Of a stretch of 64,000 bases of DNA, positions 48,401 through 60,188 are shown piece by piece (position 1 is the stretch's first letter; every line of letters begins with the position of its first letter). The notes beneath the pieces were generated by a model. That model saw only the letters and a program-made list of their open reading frames with translations. It was not told the origin of the DNA and did no database searches. This stretch comes from a virus. Made by a program: the position numbers and the translations under genes. Where the stretch lies: positions 32,001 through 96,000 of IMG/VR virus record IMGVR_UViG_3300021091_000014; one strand, written 5' to 3'.

Positions 48401-50416
48401 ATGACCACTTTAATTACCAAAAAATTTAAAAAACATATTGGCGAGCAGTTAATAGAGTCTATTACAGAACCAGCTAATAATGTTTATTATCTATTAGCTG
48501 CTAGACATTTTCCATTTGCCAATAATGACGCAACTATTCCAGTTCCTGATAATACTTTCAAAGAGCTTGAGACTGTTGTATATGAGGAAGCTATCTTTGG
48601 TAAAAAAATTAATTCATCTGATGTAAATCTAGTTATTCCAAAATATATTTGGACTTCTAATACAGTATACTCTCCATACGATGATACAGATACAGGATTA
48701 CTTGATAAGAAATTTTATGTAGCGGTTGACGGAGGAGCAACCTATTACATCTACAAGTGCTTAGATAATAATGGGGGAGTAGCTTCTAACGTTCAGCCTA
48801 CAAATACAAGTGAAAGTGCATGCAACTTTGTAACAACTGCTGACGGGTATGTTTGGAAGCTAATGTATAAACTTCCGGAAGCTACGTTTGAGAAGTTTCA
48901 AACGGCCGATTATATGCCAGTAACTACAAATGCTAATGTAGCGGGCAATACTGTCTCTGGTGCAATTGACGTTATTAAAATTACTACACCAGGTTCAAAT
49001 TATGTTGCCACTCTTAACGGACAATTTACCGCTAGTGATTTAAGAGAGTCTATTCCTGGAGTTACCGGTAATACTACAACTTACAGACTAAACGAGTCTG
49101 CTTCCGCCAATGCTGATTTTTATGTTGGTAGTGCACTTTATATTTCTACAGGAACTGGCGCTGGACAGCTAAAAAGAATTACTGACTATAATGCAGTATC
49201 AAGAGTTGCTACAATTAATTCTATATTTACGGTTCCTCCATCAACAGATTCTACCTACGTTGTTGCCCCAAATATTATAATTGGAGGAGATGGATCTGAC
49301 GCAACTGCCTATGCCACCGTAAGTTCTAATAATTCCGTCAACAATTATATTAGTAAGGTTAATATTATTAATAGAGGAACTAATTATACTTACACGTCTA
49401 TTACTGTTACAGGTAATACGGGTGGCGTAAGTAACGCAGCCTCATTAAGAGCAATTATTCCTCCAGTAGGAGGACACGGAAAAAATCCTGCATCAGAATT
49501 AGGAGCAAAAGCAGTCGCTATATCGCTTTCATTCAATACAACTGAGAGTGGCTACATTACTGCAGAAAATGATTATAGAAAATTAGCACTTATTAGAGAC
49601 CCTCTTTTTAGAAACGTTACACTTACACTCGGTAGTGAGATAGGAACGTTCACTGCCGGGGAAAATGTACATCAGATTGAATATAAAACACTTTTAGGTA
49701 CTGTGGCTGGTAATACAAGTACTAATGCTATTACGGGTACGGGCACGAGTTTTAATATTTCTTTAAAAGCAAATGATAGAATTTTAATTTATGATACTAT
49801 TACAGGACTGTATAGCTTGAGAACCGTTACCACGGTTACAAATGCTACCTCTATTATTGTAAATGATGAGCTTCCTTTTATTTCTTCTATTGCAAGATAT
49901 TCTTTTGTAAGTATATTAGCTAGCGGAGTTAAAACAGGCAATTCATCTCCTTATCTTACTATGAGTAACGTGGAACCAAAATTTACAACAGGTAAAATTA
50001 TAGTCGGTGAAACATCAGGCGCTATCGCTAATGTAACTAATATTGATGTAAATGAAAAAAATTATAATAACTGGAACACATTAGACAATAGAACAAGAAT
50101 ATCATACACAACTAAATCTGGCTCGATGCCAGAAGATGCAGTAGTGCTACAAACAGACATCTCATTAAGTAATGCATATTTTCATTCTTCTAATAGCACT
50201 TACATTTTTCTTACAGCTGAAAGGGGACCAATTAACGCAGATCCTGCCGAGCTGATAAGAGAAAACCAAGGTGCAGCTACCTTTACGCTTGGTAGTGTTA
50301 AGTACCTACCTGACATAATAAAAGGTTCTGGAGAGGTTATATACATAGAGAATACTACTGCAATTTCAAGAGCAAATAATCAATCAGAAACTTTAAGATT
50401 AATTATAAATTTTTAA
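48401..50416 (+). CDS. gp8: Baseplate wedge subunit (gp8-like, extended)
   Basis: W...TVY..YD, FYV, YKCLDN, DGYVWK.MY, PPVGGHG, SGEVIYIEN. Confidence 0.82.
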   Translation: MTTLITKKFKKHIGEQLIESITEPANNVYYLLAARHFPFANNDATIPVPDNTFKELETVVYEEAIFGKKINSSDVNLVIPKYIWTSNTVYSPYDDTDTGLLDKKFYVAVDGGATYYIYKCLDNNGGVASNVQPTNTSESACNFVTTADGYVWKLMYKLPEATFEKFQTADYMPVTTNANVAGNTVSGAIDVIKITTPGSNYVATLNGQFTASDLRESIPGVTGNTTTYRLNESASANADFYVGSALYISTGTGAGQLKRITDYNAVSRVATINSIFTVPPSTDSTYVVAPNIIIGGDGSDATAYATVSSNNSVNNYISKVNIINRGTNYTYTSITVTGNTGGVSNAASLRAIIPPVGGHGKNPASELGAKAVAISLSFNTTESGYITAENDYRKLALIRDPLFRNVTLTLGSEIGTFTAGENVHQIEYKTLLGTVAGNTSTNAITGTGTSFNISLKANDRILIYDTITGLYSLRTVTTVTNATSIIVNDELPFISSIARYSFVSILASGVKTGNSSPYLTMSNVEPKFTTGKIIVGETSGAIANVTNIDVNEKNYNNWNTLDNRTRISYTTKSGSMPEDAVVLQTDISLSNAYFHSSNSTYIFLTAERGPINADPAELIRENQGAATFTLGSVKYLPDIIKGSGEVIYIENTTAISRANNQSETLRLIINF

Positions 50417-50425
50417 GAGGAAGCA

Positions 50426-53400
50426 ATGCCTTTAGATTCTAATTTAAATGTATCACCATACTTTGATGATTTCGATGAGCAGAAAAACTTTCATCGAGTA
50501 TTGTTTAGACCAGGCGTTGCAGTTCAGGCTCGCGAGCTAACTCAACTTCAAACAATTCTTCAAAATCAAATTGAGAGATTTGGCGATAACATTTATCGCA
50601 CAGGTACGATTATTAAAGGGTGCGCTCTCAACCCAGATTACAGATATAACTATATAAAAATTCTTGATAATCAGGCCGACGGTCAGCCTGTATCAATGGC
50701 TCTTTATTCTAACTCTTTAATTATTCAAGAGTCTTCTAACTTACGGGCTTTTGCCGTTAACTACAAAACCGGTCTTGAATCTCAAGATCCCGATCTTAAT
50801 ACTCTTTATATTAAGTATCAAAATACTGGTACCGGTGGAGAAAAAACTTTTTCAGCGAGTCAAGTAGTAAAAGTATTTAACAGAAATAGAACAATCGAAG
50901 ACATAAATGTTGTTCTTGGCGGCACATTATATTCTAATAATGATACTGTAGTATTTTCTGGAGGTAGCGGAGCCGGCGCATCAGCAGTTCTCACTACCGA
51001 TGCAGGAGGTAAAATTGTAGATGTATCCGTACAATCAAAAGGATCGGGCTATACTACTACACCAAATGTATCGATAACTACCTCTACAGGGTCAGGCGCT
51101 AACATAGCTGCATTAAACTATATTGCTGAGTTAACTGTAGCTGCGGTAACTAATGCTGTGGGTATTGGTGCAGCTGTTAAGACATCAGAAGGTATTATAT
51201 ACCAAAAAGGTAACTTCATAAGAGTAGATGAGGAAGAGATCGTTATTGAAAAATATAGCAATCTTCCAAACAATAAAGTTGTTGGTTTTAGAAGTGCTGA
51301 AACGTTTGTAAATAGCGCTATTGATACATCACTTTTAGATGTTGCTACTGGTACACCTAATTATGCAGCACCAGGTGCTAACAGATTAAAGCTTACACCT
51401 CAGCTTGTTGTAATGAGTAGATCTGAAGCAAAATCTAATAATGAGTTTTTAGCCCTGTTAGAATTTGAAAATGGACGAGTTATTAAAGATAGAACCTACA
51501 CTCAATTTAATTCTTTAAATAGAGAAATTTCAAGAAGAACTTTTGAAGAGAGTGGTAATTACGTTATTAATCCAATGCCTTTGGATACTGAAGATATTAC
51601 ACCTGCTAACACAACCCACTTTAATTTAGTTACCGGAGGTGGTACCTCTTATGTAAACGGTGAGCGCATTCAAATTCTTAATTATGTTAAGACACCTATT
51701 AGAAAAGCTGACGATTCAGCTAACGTAGCTAATCAAACAATTAATACACAATACGGAAGCTATATCTTAGTTAAGCAGCTTTTAGGTTATTTTGAAATTA
51801 AAGAAGGCACTACTTTAAATTTAAGAGAAACAGCTGCCACTGATGTATCAGACAACGCTGGTAGCACACCCACAGCACCAGGTAATCTTGTTGGAACAGC
51901 TAGAGCAAGAGCATTAGAATATCATAGTGGAACAATTGGAACGCCTGACTGTGTATATAGATTATACATTTTTGATATTAGAATGGCTACAGGATTTCCA
52001 TTTAATCGTATTAGGTCCGTTTCAGTTGGATCAACTGCAGTTGCAGATTTAGTTTTAGAAAACAGCCAGGCAATTCTTAAAGATGTAGAGAATGATATTT
52101 TAGTATTTAAAACAGGTACGTTTGCTGTTAAAGAGCTTAATTCTGAAGAATTTATTTTTAGAACTTCTACAAATAGCACCTTTACACTTTCTGGAGATCA
52201 AACCATAACGTTCTCCGGAGGAAATACAGTACCATATGGAACTGGTTCCCTTACCGATATTCAAATAAATGATTTTATAGTTGTACCAAGCGCCACCTTC
52301 AGATACAGCGCTAACAATACCGGTACAGTTGATATGACAAACGGAGAGGCAAACGTATTAGGGACCTCCACAACTTTTACATCAACGTATAAAGTTGGTG
52401 ATTTTATTCAAATAGGTCAATCCGGTAAGCTAGACAGAATTGTAACAATTTTTAGTGATGTAAAATTAGCAGTAGCTAATACTACCGCAGCTTCTTACAC
52501 CGCAAACGCACACTACACAGCTTTTCCTAGAGGGGTACCTATCGACTTTAATAGGGACAGTAGAGATATTTCTATTCCATCTACAACAAGTATTACTGTT
52601 GATATTGGTACAAGTATTAACGTTGCTGCGTCTTTTGTAATGTACCATGATTTAGAAAATTTTGAACCAGCTGTTAGAACCAAAACTGTAAGTAATCCGG
52701 TTTATGTGAAAGTATCATCATCGAGAGTTACTGCAACACCTAATGGACCGTGGTGCCTAGGTCTTCCGGACGTAATAAGTCTTGAGGGAGTTCACGTTGG
52801 CACTTCTTCTACTTATTCCGATACAACAACTAATTATGCTGAACAGTTTGAATTAATTACTGGACAAAAAGATAATTTTTATGGTCTAGCATACCTTCGT
52901 AAGAAGCCGGGATCAACTCTCTCACTTTCAGGTAGTAATAATTTAACTGTTAAACTAAAAGTATTTACCCACTCATCTGGAAAATACTTTTCTACTGAAT
53001 CATACCCTGTTGATGATTCAACTGATCCTTTACCATCTAATAAAATTAGAACAGAATCAATTCCTGTTTTTGTATCTCCAACATCCGGTGAACAATTTCC
53101 TTTAAGAGATAGTGTTGATTTCAGGCCAATTGCTTCTAATACTGCTGTATATTCTAGCACTGTAGGATCAGCCTCTATAGACCCGGATGCTACTGAAACA
53201 ATACCTGCTGGTGAAAAATTCTTTCCATCTCCATCAAGAAGCTTTGAATGTAATATTGAAGCATATATGTCTAGAGTAGATAGAATTGTCTTAGGTAGCG
53301 ATGGTAATATAAGAATTATAGAAGGTCTACCCGCATTCAACCCAGTGGCACCCCCTAAAGAAAATACATCTATGGATTTAGGGCTTATTAGAATTATGCC

Positions 53401-56400
53401 CTACCCTAGCCTCACATCTAGGGCAGCAATGCTTAATAAGAGACCAGATCTTAAGAGTATGATCACCCCACTTCAGACAAGAAGATATACAATGGGGGAT
53501 ATAAGAGACTTAGAAAATAGACTTCAAAGACTAGAGTATTATACATTACTTAATACACTTGAGACTGACGCAGCTACTTTAGCAATTCCAAGCTCAGCTT
53601 GTAATACAGTAGAAGTATTTAAAAACGGGTTTTTTGTTGATTCATTCGATAACTACGTTATTTCTAATATTAATGATGGCGAGTATAAAGCTTTAGTAGA
53701 CACGACGAGATCACGTTTAGTACCACAAGAAGAAATTTTCTCTATTGATTTAAAATTTGATGCTGTTAATAGCGTAAACGCTACGAGAAATGGCGACCTA
53801 GTAACATTAAATTACACCCAAAAAGAACTGCTTAGTCAACCTCTTGCTAATAAAGAAAGAACGCTTGTTGAAGGATTTTGGTCATTTAGAGGCAAGATGA
53901 CTGTTATACCTAGAGTAGATAACTTCTTTGATAGGGAAGTTACCGCTACATCTTCAGTAGAAATAAACATTGCCGATCCTATTAACGCTTTAGTTAATGC
54001 GCAAAATGAAATAAATTCTAGAGTGGCAACGGCTACTTCATTAATTAATACTGTAAATCAAACTTCATCTGCTCAAAGAATGGAAGGTAATTTTTTAAGA
54101 ACAGATTTTTCTGAGAATATTACTGAAACATTTGAAGATGAGTTCACTACAATAACAGTACCTCCCGTACAAACTTCTATAACGCAGATTAATAACCTAC
54201 TTACAAGCGTTCATATTAATCCATATATGCGCGGTCAAAAAATTGGTCTTTATGTTGTTGGTTTAAGACCGGGCGCCCAGCACTATCTATTTTTTGACGG
54301 TGTTGATTTAACGAATGAAGCTGTATCGGCTACTTTAAATACGTTTAGTAACGCCACAATTAATGATTTTGTTCCAAGATACAATAAGGGCTCTTCACCT
54401 GGACTTTTTGCCGATGATAAAGGTAACTTAGGTATTGTTGTATGGATGCCCGCTGATACATTTACCACAGGCGAAAAAGAATTTTTAGTTGTAGACGTCA
54501 GTACTTTAGATTCTGAACAATCAGCAACTTCTAAAGCTACAGGTAAGTTTGCTTCTTTTACAATGTCAGGAGAAGCTACCAATATTACTATTGGAACAAA
54601 ATCATTTGATCTTTCAGAATCTTCTTTTGATACCGATACATTTACACAAACAAGATCTGTTACAACTAATAGGGAATGGACAGAGTTTGAATTTATACCT
54701 CCCAGGGACCCTCTCGCTCAGACATTTTTAGTACAAAAGCAAGCAGGTAGATCTCAATTTGTTATGATTTCTTCTATAGATGTATTTTTCAAGCAAAAAG
54801 ATTCTACAAAAGGAGTCACTTTAGAAATTAGAGAGGTTGATGAAGGAGGATATCCAACTAATCAGGTTTTACCTTTCTCAAGTGTATATAAAACTTCTGC
54901 TGAGGTAAGTACTAGCGCCACTGCTTCCTCTGCTACAACATTTACTTTTCCAGCGCTTGTTACTTTAAAGACTGGCAGAGAATATGCAATTACACTTACA
55001 CCAGATAGCAACTCACCAGAGTATAGAGTGTGGACTGCAATTGCTGGTGTTCCCGATGTTACTAATACTAACCTCATTACTAATTTAACCTGGGGACTTG
55101 GAACACTGTTCTTCTCAACAAGCGGAAGAGCATTTACCGCAGTTCAAAATGAAGACTTAAAATTTACAGTAAGATATGCTGAATTTAATCCAACCACAGG
55201 TACCGTTGAATTAACTAACGGGGATATGGAATTTTTAACAATAAGTGATGTAAGCGGATCTTTTGTTGACGGTGAAGATGTAGCCCAGCTCGGCACATCC
55301 TACCTTAATGTTAACCTTACTACAAATACAACTAGCTACGTTATAAACACTTCTACAAGTCTTACATCTACCCTGGCAGCTAATGATTATGTTTTAGTTG
55401 TATATGGCACTAACAAGCAAGTAGGAACTGCTAACGTTAAAGCTGTTAGCACTACAGTAAGTAATGCCGGCTCAACATCAACCGGATTTACAACAAAGTA
55501 CGCTGTTGGTGATTATATTAATATTGGTACAGAAATAAGATTGGTAACTGCAGTTGCTAGTGATACAAGCCTAACCGTTGACTCAGCATTTAATGCAACT
55601 ATTACAGATAGCAACCATTATTCTGTAGATGAAAAATTTGATATTTTTAGAATAATAAGTGCTAACTCAACTTCTATTACAGTTAATAGACCGCCCGCAT
55701 ATGTTGCAAACACAACAGCTGGAGCAAGTATTCAAAAAGCCGTACACGGTGTTGTCAATTATTATAGTCCAAGCAAAAATACAATTTATTTATCCGACAG
55801 CAATTCAACTAATAGTACATTTAAAGTTGCTCCTAATACCGCTACGTATTTTGCTTATTTGATCGGCGACAGATCTGATGCAGTTGCTAAAGTAACAAGT
55901 ATTAATAATCTTACCGCTACAGGATATACACCTTTAATAAACATATTACAGCTACCAAGCACAACGGTTAGTTTAAGTGCAGAATTAGCAAAAACAGCTG
56001 GAGGTACAGACTCTGCATCTTATGTCTTTGGCGGTAAAAACACATTAAGATTTAACGATACAGCTCTTATTAAAAGTAAGAGTAATGAAATTTCTGGAGT
56101 TGGTATTACTAAGTCATTTAAAGCTACTATTAATTTTGATACTGATAAAGCAGATATTTCTCCAGTACTTGACGTTAATCCTATTAGTATAGCTATTCAA
56201 AAATATAATATTAATAATGATTCTACAAATGAAAACACTCGCTACGGAAGCGCAAGCTCAAAGTATATTTCTAAGAGACTTGAATTAGCAGAAGATCAAG
56301 ACGCAGAAGATATCAAAGTATTTTTAAAAGCTTACAGACCTAGCGGAACTGATATTGAGGTTTATGCTAAGATATTAAACTCCGGAGATAGTGAGTCATT

Positions 56401-56929
56401 TGATGATAAAGACTGGTCAATGTTGCAGATGATAACTTCTTCTACTCTTTACAGCTCTTCTGTAAATGAAAATGATTTAAGAGAGTATGAGTTTACATTT
56501 AGAAGAACCCCAACAACAACAGGTATAAGCGGTAAAGTTACTACTGCGGCTTCAACAACGCTTGAAGGATTTGGTACTACGTTTACTACAGACTTTACCA
56601 CGAGCGATTTAATAAAAATTGTTTACTCTAACACTGAAACAGATTTTGAAATTATTCCTATCGCATCAATCACGGATAATGATACATTGGTTCTCGCTTT
56701 TGCACCATCTGCTTCTAAAATTGGTCCCGGCTACTCTATAGAAAAAGTAACTAAACCAAAAGAAGCTTATAAAAATAATCAAAATGGAAATGTTGTAAGA
56801 TATTTTGATAGCAGCAGAGCCGCACACGACACCTATAAGTTTATGGCAATTAAAATTGTTCTTAAAGCGACAGGCAACTATTTGGTTCCATCCGTTGATG
56901 ATGTAAGAGCTATAGCGATTTCAGTATGA
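50426..56929 (+). CDS. Large virion structural protein (DUF4815/VrlC-like)
   Basis: NVSPYFDDF...FHRVLFRPG.AVQARELTQLQ, APGA.RLK, RRTFEESGNY, YTM.DI..LE.R...LEYY, FKNGFFVD.F, DPLAQTF. Confidence 0.85.
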   Translation: MPLDSNLNVSPYFDDFDEQKNFHRVLFRPGVAVQARELTQLQTILQNQIERFGDNIYRTGTIIKGCALNPDYRYNYIKILDNQADGQPVSMALYSNSLIIQESSNLRAFAVNYKTGLESQDPDLNTLYIKYQNTGTGGEKTFSASQVVKVFNRNRTIEDINVVLGGTLYSNNDTVVFSGGSGAGASAVLTTDAGGKIVDVSVQSKGSGYTTTPNVSITTSTGSGANIAALNYIAELTVAAVTNAVGIGAAVKTSEGIIYQKGNFIRVDEEEIVIEKYSNLPNNKVVGFRSAETFVNSAIDTSLLDVATGTPNYAAPGANRLKLTPQLVVMSRSEAKSNNEFLALLEFENGRVIKDRTYTQFNSLNREISRRTFEESGNYVINPMPLDTEDITPANTTHFNLVTGGGTSYVNGERIQILNYVKTPIRKADDSANVANQTINTQYGSYILVKQLLGYFEIKEGTTLNLRETAATDVSDNAGSTPTAPGNLVGTARARALEYHSGTIGTPDCVYRLYIFDIRMATGFPFNRIRSVSVGSTAVADLVLENSQAILKDVENDILVFKTGTFAVKELNSEEFIFRTSTNSTFTLSGDQTITFSGGNTVPYGTGSLTDIQINDFIVVPSATFRYSANNTGTVDMTNGEANVLGTSTTFTSTYKVGDFIQIGQSGKLDRIVTIFSDVKLAVANTTAASYTANAHYTAFPRGVPIDFNRDSRDISIPSTTSITVDIGTSINVAASFVMYHDLENFEPAVRTKTVSNPVYVKVSSSRVTATPNGPWCLGLPDVISLEGVHVGTSSTYSDTTTNYAEQFELITGQKDNFYGLAYLRKKPGSTLSLSGSNNLTVKLKVFTHSSGKYFSTESYPVDDSTDPLPSNKIRTESIPVFVSPTSGEQFPLRDSVDFRPIASNTAVYSSTVGSASIDPDATETIPAGEKFFPSPSRSFECNIEAYMSRVDRIVLGSDGNIRIIEGLPAFNPVAPPKENTSMDLGLIRIMPYPSLTSRAAMLNKRPDLKSMITPLQTRRYTMGDIRDLENRLQRLEYYTLLNTLETDAATLAIPSSACNTVEVFKNGFFVDSFDNYVISNINDGEYKALVDTTRSRLVPQEEIFSIDLKFDAVNSVNATRNGDLVTLNYTQKELLSQPLANKERTLVEGFWSFRGKMTVIPRVDNFFDREVTATSSVEINIADPINALVNAQNEINSRVATATSLINTVNQTSSAQRMEGNFLRTDFSENITETFEDEFTTITVPPVQTSITQINNLLTSVHINPYMRGQKIGLYVVGLRPGAQHYLFFDGVDLTNEAVSATLNTFSNATINDFVPRYNKGSSPGLFADDKGNLGIVVWMPADTFTTGEKEFLVVDVSTLDSEQSATSKATGKFASFTMSGEATNITIGTKSFDLSESSFDTDTFTQTRSVTTNREWTEFEFIPPRDPLAQTFLVQKQAGRSQFVMISSIDVFFKQKDSTKGVTLEIREVDEGGYPTNQVLPFSSVYKTSAEVSTSATASSATTFTFPALVTLKTGREYAITLTPDSNSPEYRVWTAIAGVPDVTNTNLITNLTWGLGTLFFSTSGRAFTAVQNEDLKFTVRYAEFNPTTGTVELTNGDMEFLTISDVSGSFVDGEDVAQLGTSYLNVNLTTNTTSYVINTSTSLTSTLAANDYVLVVYGTNKQVGTANVKAVSTTVSNAGSTSTGFTTKYAVGDYINIGTEIRLVTAVASDTSLTVDSAFNATITDSNHYSVDEKFDIFRIISANSTSITVNRPPAYVANTTAGASIQKAVHGVVNYYSPSKNTIYLSDSNSTNSTFKVAPNTATYFAYLIGDRSDAVAKVTSINNLTATGYTPLINILQLPSTTVSLSAELAKTAGGTDSASYVFGGKNTLRFNDTALIKSKSNEISGVGITKSFKATINFDTDKADISPVLDVNPISIAIQKYNINNDSTNENTRYGSASSKYISKRLELAEDQDAEDIKVFLKAYRPSGTDIEVYAKILNSGDSESFDDKDWSMLQMITSSTLYSSSVNENDLREYEFTFRRTPTTTGISGKVTTAASTTLEGFGTTFTTDFTTSDLIKIVYSNTETDFEIIPIASITDNDTLVLAFAPSASKIGPGYSIEKVTKPKEAYKNNQNGNVVRYFDSSRAAHDTYKFMAIKIVLKATGNYLVPSVDDVRAIAISV

Positions 56930-57141
56930 AATTAATAAAGACTCAAAACCCTGACTTTAGTAGAGATCAAAGTAATTTTGCTCTAATAAATACTAACGTA
57001 AATGCTTACAAACAATATAAGCTTCAGAGAAATAATAGAAATCAAATTGCCAAGCAAGAAGAAGAAATAAAAAAACTTACTTCTGATATTGAGCAATTAA
57101 AGGAACTTGTTAAACTTTTAGTAAAAGATAAAAATGGCTAA
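56926..57141 (+). CDS. Small coiled-coil virion-associated protein
   Basis: RD..N.ALINTN...Y; coupled to both neighbours. Confidence 0.7.
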   Translation: MKLIKTQNPDFSRDQSNFALINTNVNAYKQYKLQRNNRNQIAKQEEEIKKLTSDIEQLKELVKLLVKDKNG

Positions 57142-57958
57142 AACAGTTGCTAATGTTGCTATTGCAACAGACACATTTGCTGGATGGGTTGGTAAAACAA
57201 ATGTACTTCTCGATGCTTTAACATACGAGATTGTTACTTGTGACGACACTTCAGGAGGAGCTAACACTTCTGGAAATGGTAACGTTATTGGAATTCTTAC
57301 AGCAAATGTTTTTAGCACCCCATTACTAAGAGGGGGAACAGCCGGTAACACAGCTAACATATCCACTCTTACTATCGGTATATCAAATTCGTCAATTTCA
57401 TCAAATGTTATTGTATCAGGGTATACAGCTAATATTATAGCTAATACTCTTAATATAACATCCAATACTAATATTGGATCTGGCACTCAAGACTTGATTG
57501 TTAATGTGTCTGATATAGTAGTAAATGCTGCTTCACTTGATATTACTCTTTCAAGTGATCTAGTAGTTAATTCAAATCTCACAGTAAGCGGCAACGCCAT
57601 AGTAAATAGCTCTCTTACGTTTGTATCGAAGTCTCAAATTTTAGCTAAGACGATTACCTTGGCGTTTCCAGATACAGTAACACAAAATCTTGTTGATAGC
57701 TTTGCTATTGCTGACTTTGTCGGTGCAAAGTACACCGTTAGTGTAACAGATCAAAATAATTCTAATAATAAAGCAATGACAGAGCTGTCAGTAGTATATG
57801 GGTTCTCTAACGCACACATGACAGAATACGGTACAATTTATTCGAATACTCAGTTTGCAACATTTTCTATAAATGCGACCGCAACTCACGTTAGATTGTA
57901 TGCTAACTCTGCCACTTCAAGCGCACAGTTTAAGATTCATAGAGTGTCTTTTGTATAA
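57134..57958 (+). CDS. Putative fibre/virion structural protein
   Basis: DTF..W..KTN N-terminus; AKY.V...E......TEYG C-terminal domain. Confidence 0.65.
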   Translation: MAKTVANVAIATDTFAGWVGKTNVLLDALTYEIVTCDDTSGGANTSGNGNVIGILTANVFSTPLLRGGTAGNTANISTLTIGISNSSISSNVIVSGYTANIIANTLNITSNTNIGSGTQDLIVNVSDIVVNAASLDITLSSDLVVNSNLTVSGNAIVNSSLTFVSKSQILAKTITLAFPDTVTQNLVDSFAIADFVGAKYTVSVTDQNNSNNKAMTELSVVYGFSNAHMTEYGTIYSNTQFATFSINATATHVRLYANSATSSAQFKIHRVSFV

Positions 57959-57970
57959 TAAAGGTTAACA

Positions 57971-59596
57971 ATGCCAGCTAATACCCAATATTTCAGAGTA
58001 GAGTACGGATTAGATGTTAATCTAGATGCCGTTATAGGAAAAGAACTATCTGTAACTAATACAGCTTCTTTTGGTAATAATGTAACTATTCAAGGCGATC
58101 TAGTAGTTAATGGTCAAACAACCTTTAACGACTCCCAATTAGTTGAACTTGGTACCGGACAGGTAGTTTTTGTTTCAGGTGCTCAGGGAGCTCCATCTAC
58201 AGATGCAAGATTAACTGTCAACAGAGGTGCAAGCGCTAATGTAGAAATAAGATGGAATGAGACTCTTGACACATGGCAATTTACAAATAATGGAACTAAT
58301 TACTACCCATTAAAATCTTACTCTGATTTAACTTATCAGTTTAGCACCCTTAACTCAACCAATGTTGATCCAGGATCCGGACTATTAAGATTTAATAACG
58401 GCACCCCCTCTCTAGTTACTCAAATTTCTATTGATAATACTGAGCTTGGAGGAACTGATGTTTCTGCATATATTGATTCTTTAGATGACAGCAACAATAC
58501 AGTAAAAGGATTTTTACTTTTTAGAAGCTCTGTTAATCAAGATCGATTTATTGTATATGAACTTAATTCAATAACTACCCAGACAGGGTATCGTCAGTTT
58601 TCAGTAACACATGTTTCTGGTAGCACATTGTTTACTAATGATGATGTTTTATTTTTAAGCTTTCTTCGTTCAGGAGATAAAGGTGATAAAGGTGAAAAGG
58701 GTGAAAAAGGTCAGAAAGGTGAAAGGGTAAGCTCGGGTAATTTTGATAGCGGCACCAACTCTTTACTATTTACTAATTCTGACGGATCTACTTTTACAGT
58801 GGCAGGTATAAAAGGTGATAAGGGTTCTTCAGGAGAAAAAGGTAATAAAGGCGATACAGGTGCTCAAGGCATTGGGGGTCCAGGAGCACAAGGCGATTTA
58901 GGTCCCGGAGGGCCTCAAGGTAATAAAGGCGATACAGGTGCTAAAGGTGAACCAGGAGGTCCAGGTGGTCCAGGTGTTGCAGGGCCTCAAGGGAATTTGG
59001 GCGCTCAAGGTCTTAAGGGAGATGTCGGCCCTCAAGGTTCTAAGGGAGATAAGGGAGATAAAGGTGCACAAGGCGGACCAGGTCCTGCAGGTCCTCAGGG
59101 ATCTGGCGGTGATAAAGGTAATAACGGTGCTCAAGGGCAACCCGGCCCGGCCGGTACTGTAATTGACTCATCTAGTGATTTAAATATTAGATCTTTAAGA
59201 GTTAATACAGGTGCAGTTTCAATCAATGCAGGAGAAATATTAGCAGCTGGTGATATTACAGCATTCTATTCAGACTTAAGACTTAAAAAGAATATTGAAG
59301 AAATAAAAGATGCCACAAAAAAATTATTAATGCTAACCGGAGTTTATTACTCCCAGAACGAATTAGCAGAAAAGTTTGGTTATAACGACTACAGAAGACA
59401 ACTTGGACTAATAGCTCAAGAAGTACAAAAAATATGCCCTGAAGCTGTTAGACTAGCACCATTTGATTTAGATGAAAACGGAATAAGCAAATCCGGAGAA
59501 AACTATCTTACTATTAAATACGAGAGATTGATTCCTCTTCTCATTCAGTCTATAAAAGAAATTGATAAAAGGGTTAGTGATTTAGAAAATAAGTGA
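57971..59596 (+). CDS. Collagen-repeat tail fibre with a C-terminal S74 chaperone
   Basis: VNRG....I.WNE..D.W; long G-X-Y region at about 58670-59155; SDLRLKKNI, GLIAQEV. Confidence 0.88.
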   Translation: MPANTQYFRVEYGLDVNLDAVIGKELSVTNTASFGNNVTIQGDLVVNGQTTFNDSQLVELGTGQVVFVSGAQGAPSTDARLTVNRGASANVEIRWNETLDTWQFTNNGTNYYPLKSYSDLTYQFSTLNSTNVDPGSGLLRFNNGTPSLVTQISIDNTELGGTDVSAYIDSLDDSNNTVKGFLLFRSSVNQDRFIVYELNSITTQTGYRQFSVTHVSGSTLFTNDDVLFLSFLRSGDKGDKGEKGEKGQKGERVSSGNFDSGTNSLLFTNSDGSTFTVAGIKGDKGSSGEKGNKGDTGAQGIGGPGAQGDLGPGGPQGNKGDTGAKGEPGGPGGPGVAGPQGNLGAQGLKGDVGPQGSKGDKGDKGAQGGPGPAGPQGSGGDKGNNGAQGQPGPAGTVIDSSSDLNIRSLRVNTGAVSINAGEILAAGDITAFYSDLRLKKNIEEIKDATKKLLMLTGVYYSQNELAEKFGYNDYRRQLGLIAQEVQKICPEAVRLAPFDLDENGISKSGENYLTIKYERLIPLLIQSIKEIDKRVSDLENK

Positions 59597-59605
59597 AAGG
59601 TTATT

Positions 59606-60175
59606 ATGAGAAGTTTTTGGGCAGTATGGACCGGTGTTGTTAGTGAGTTGGCTTGTAATAGAATTATAGAAAGAGGACTGGCGTTAAACCATCAAAAAGC
59701 TATTGTTGGATATGATGATAATGCTAGAACTTCTGATAACAGGTCAACTACTATAGGATGGTTTGATCGTAAAATAGATAAAGACATTGCTGATCTTATT
59801 ACTATGTACGCAACTGAAGCAAACAGAGAATTTTTTGATTTTGATATCTCTCATGGCGTTTTTGAAATGCAGTTTAGCATCTATAAAACTGAAGAAAAAG
59901 GCCGATTTGGATGGCATAGTGATACTCAGTATAAGACAAATATAATGACAGATAGAAAACTGTCTTTTGTTTTACAGTTGTCCGAGCCATCAGATTACGA
60001 AGGTGGTGAATTTGAATTTAAAGTGCCCGATGGTTCAACTTTAGACAGAAACAATTTTTTACCTAAAGGTTCAGTGCTAGTTTTTCCATCTATATTTGAA
60101 CATAGAGTAACAGAAATAACTAAAGGTACAAGATATTCTTTAGTGTCCTGGATTGAAGGGCCTAAGTGGAGATAG
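59606..60175 (+). CDS. 2OG-Fe(II) oxygenase (prolyl-4-hydroxylase/PKHD-like)
   Basis: WHSD (HxD), RKLS, YEGGE, FPS...HRV..ITKGTRYSLV.W. Confidence 0.9.
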   Translation: MRSFWAVWTGVVSELACNRIIERGLALNHQKAIVGYDDNARTSDNRSTTIGWFDRKIDKDIADLITMYATEANREFFDFDISHGVFEMQFSIYKTEEKGRFGWHSDTQYKTNIMTDRKLSFVLQLSEPSDYEGGEFEFKVPDGSTLDRNNFLPKGSVLVFPSIFEHRVTEITKGTRYSLVSWIEGPKWR

Positions 60176-60188
60176 TTTTTTTTAATAT

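Noticed and set aside
45410-57486. Multiple minus-strand ORFs within gp7, the large structural gene and 57134..57958
   Set aside because: Antisense shadows of T/S/N-rich structural genes
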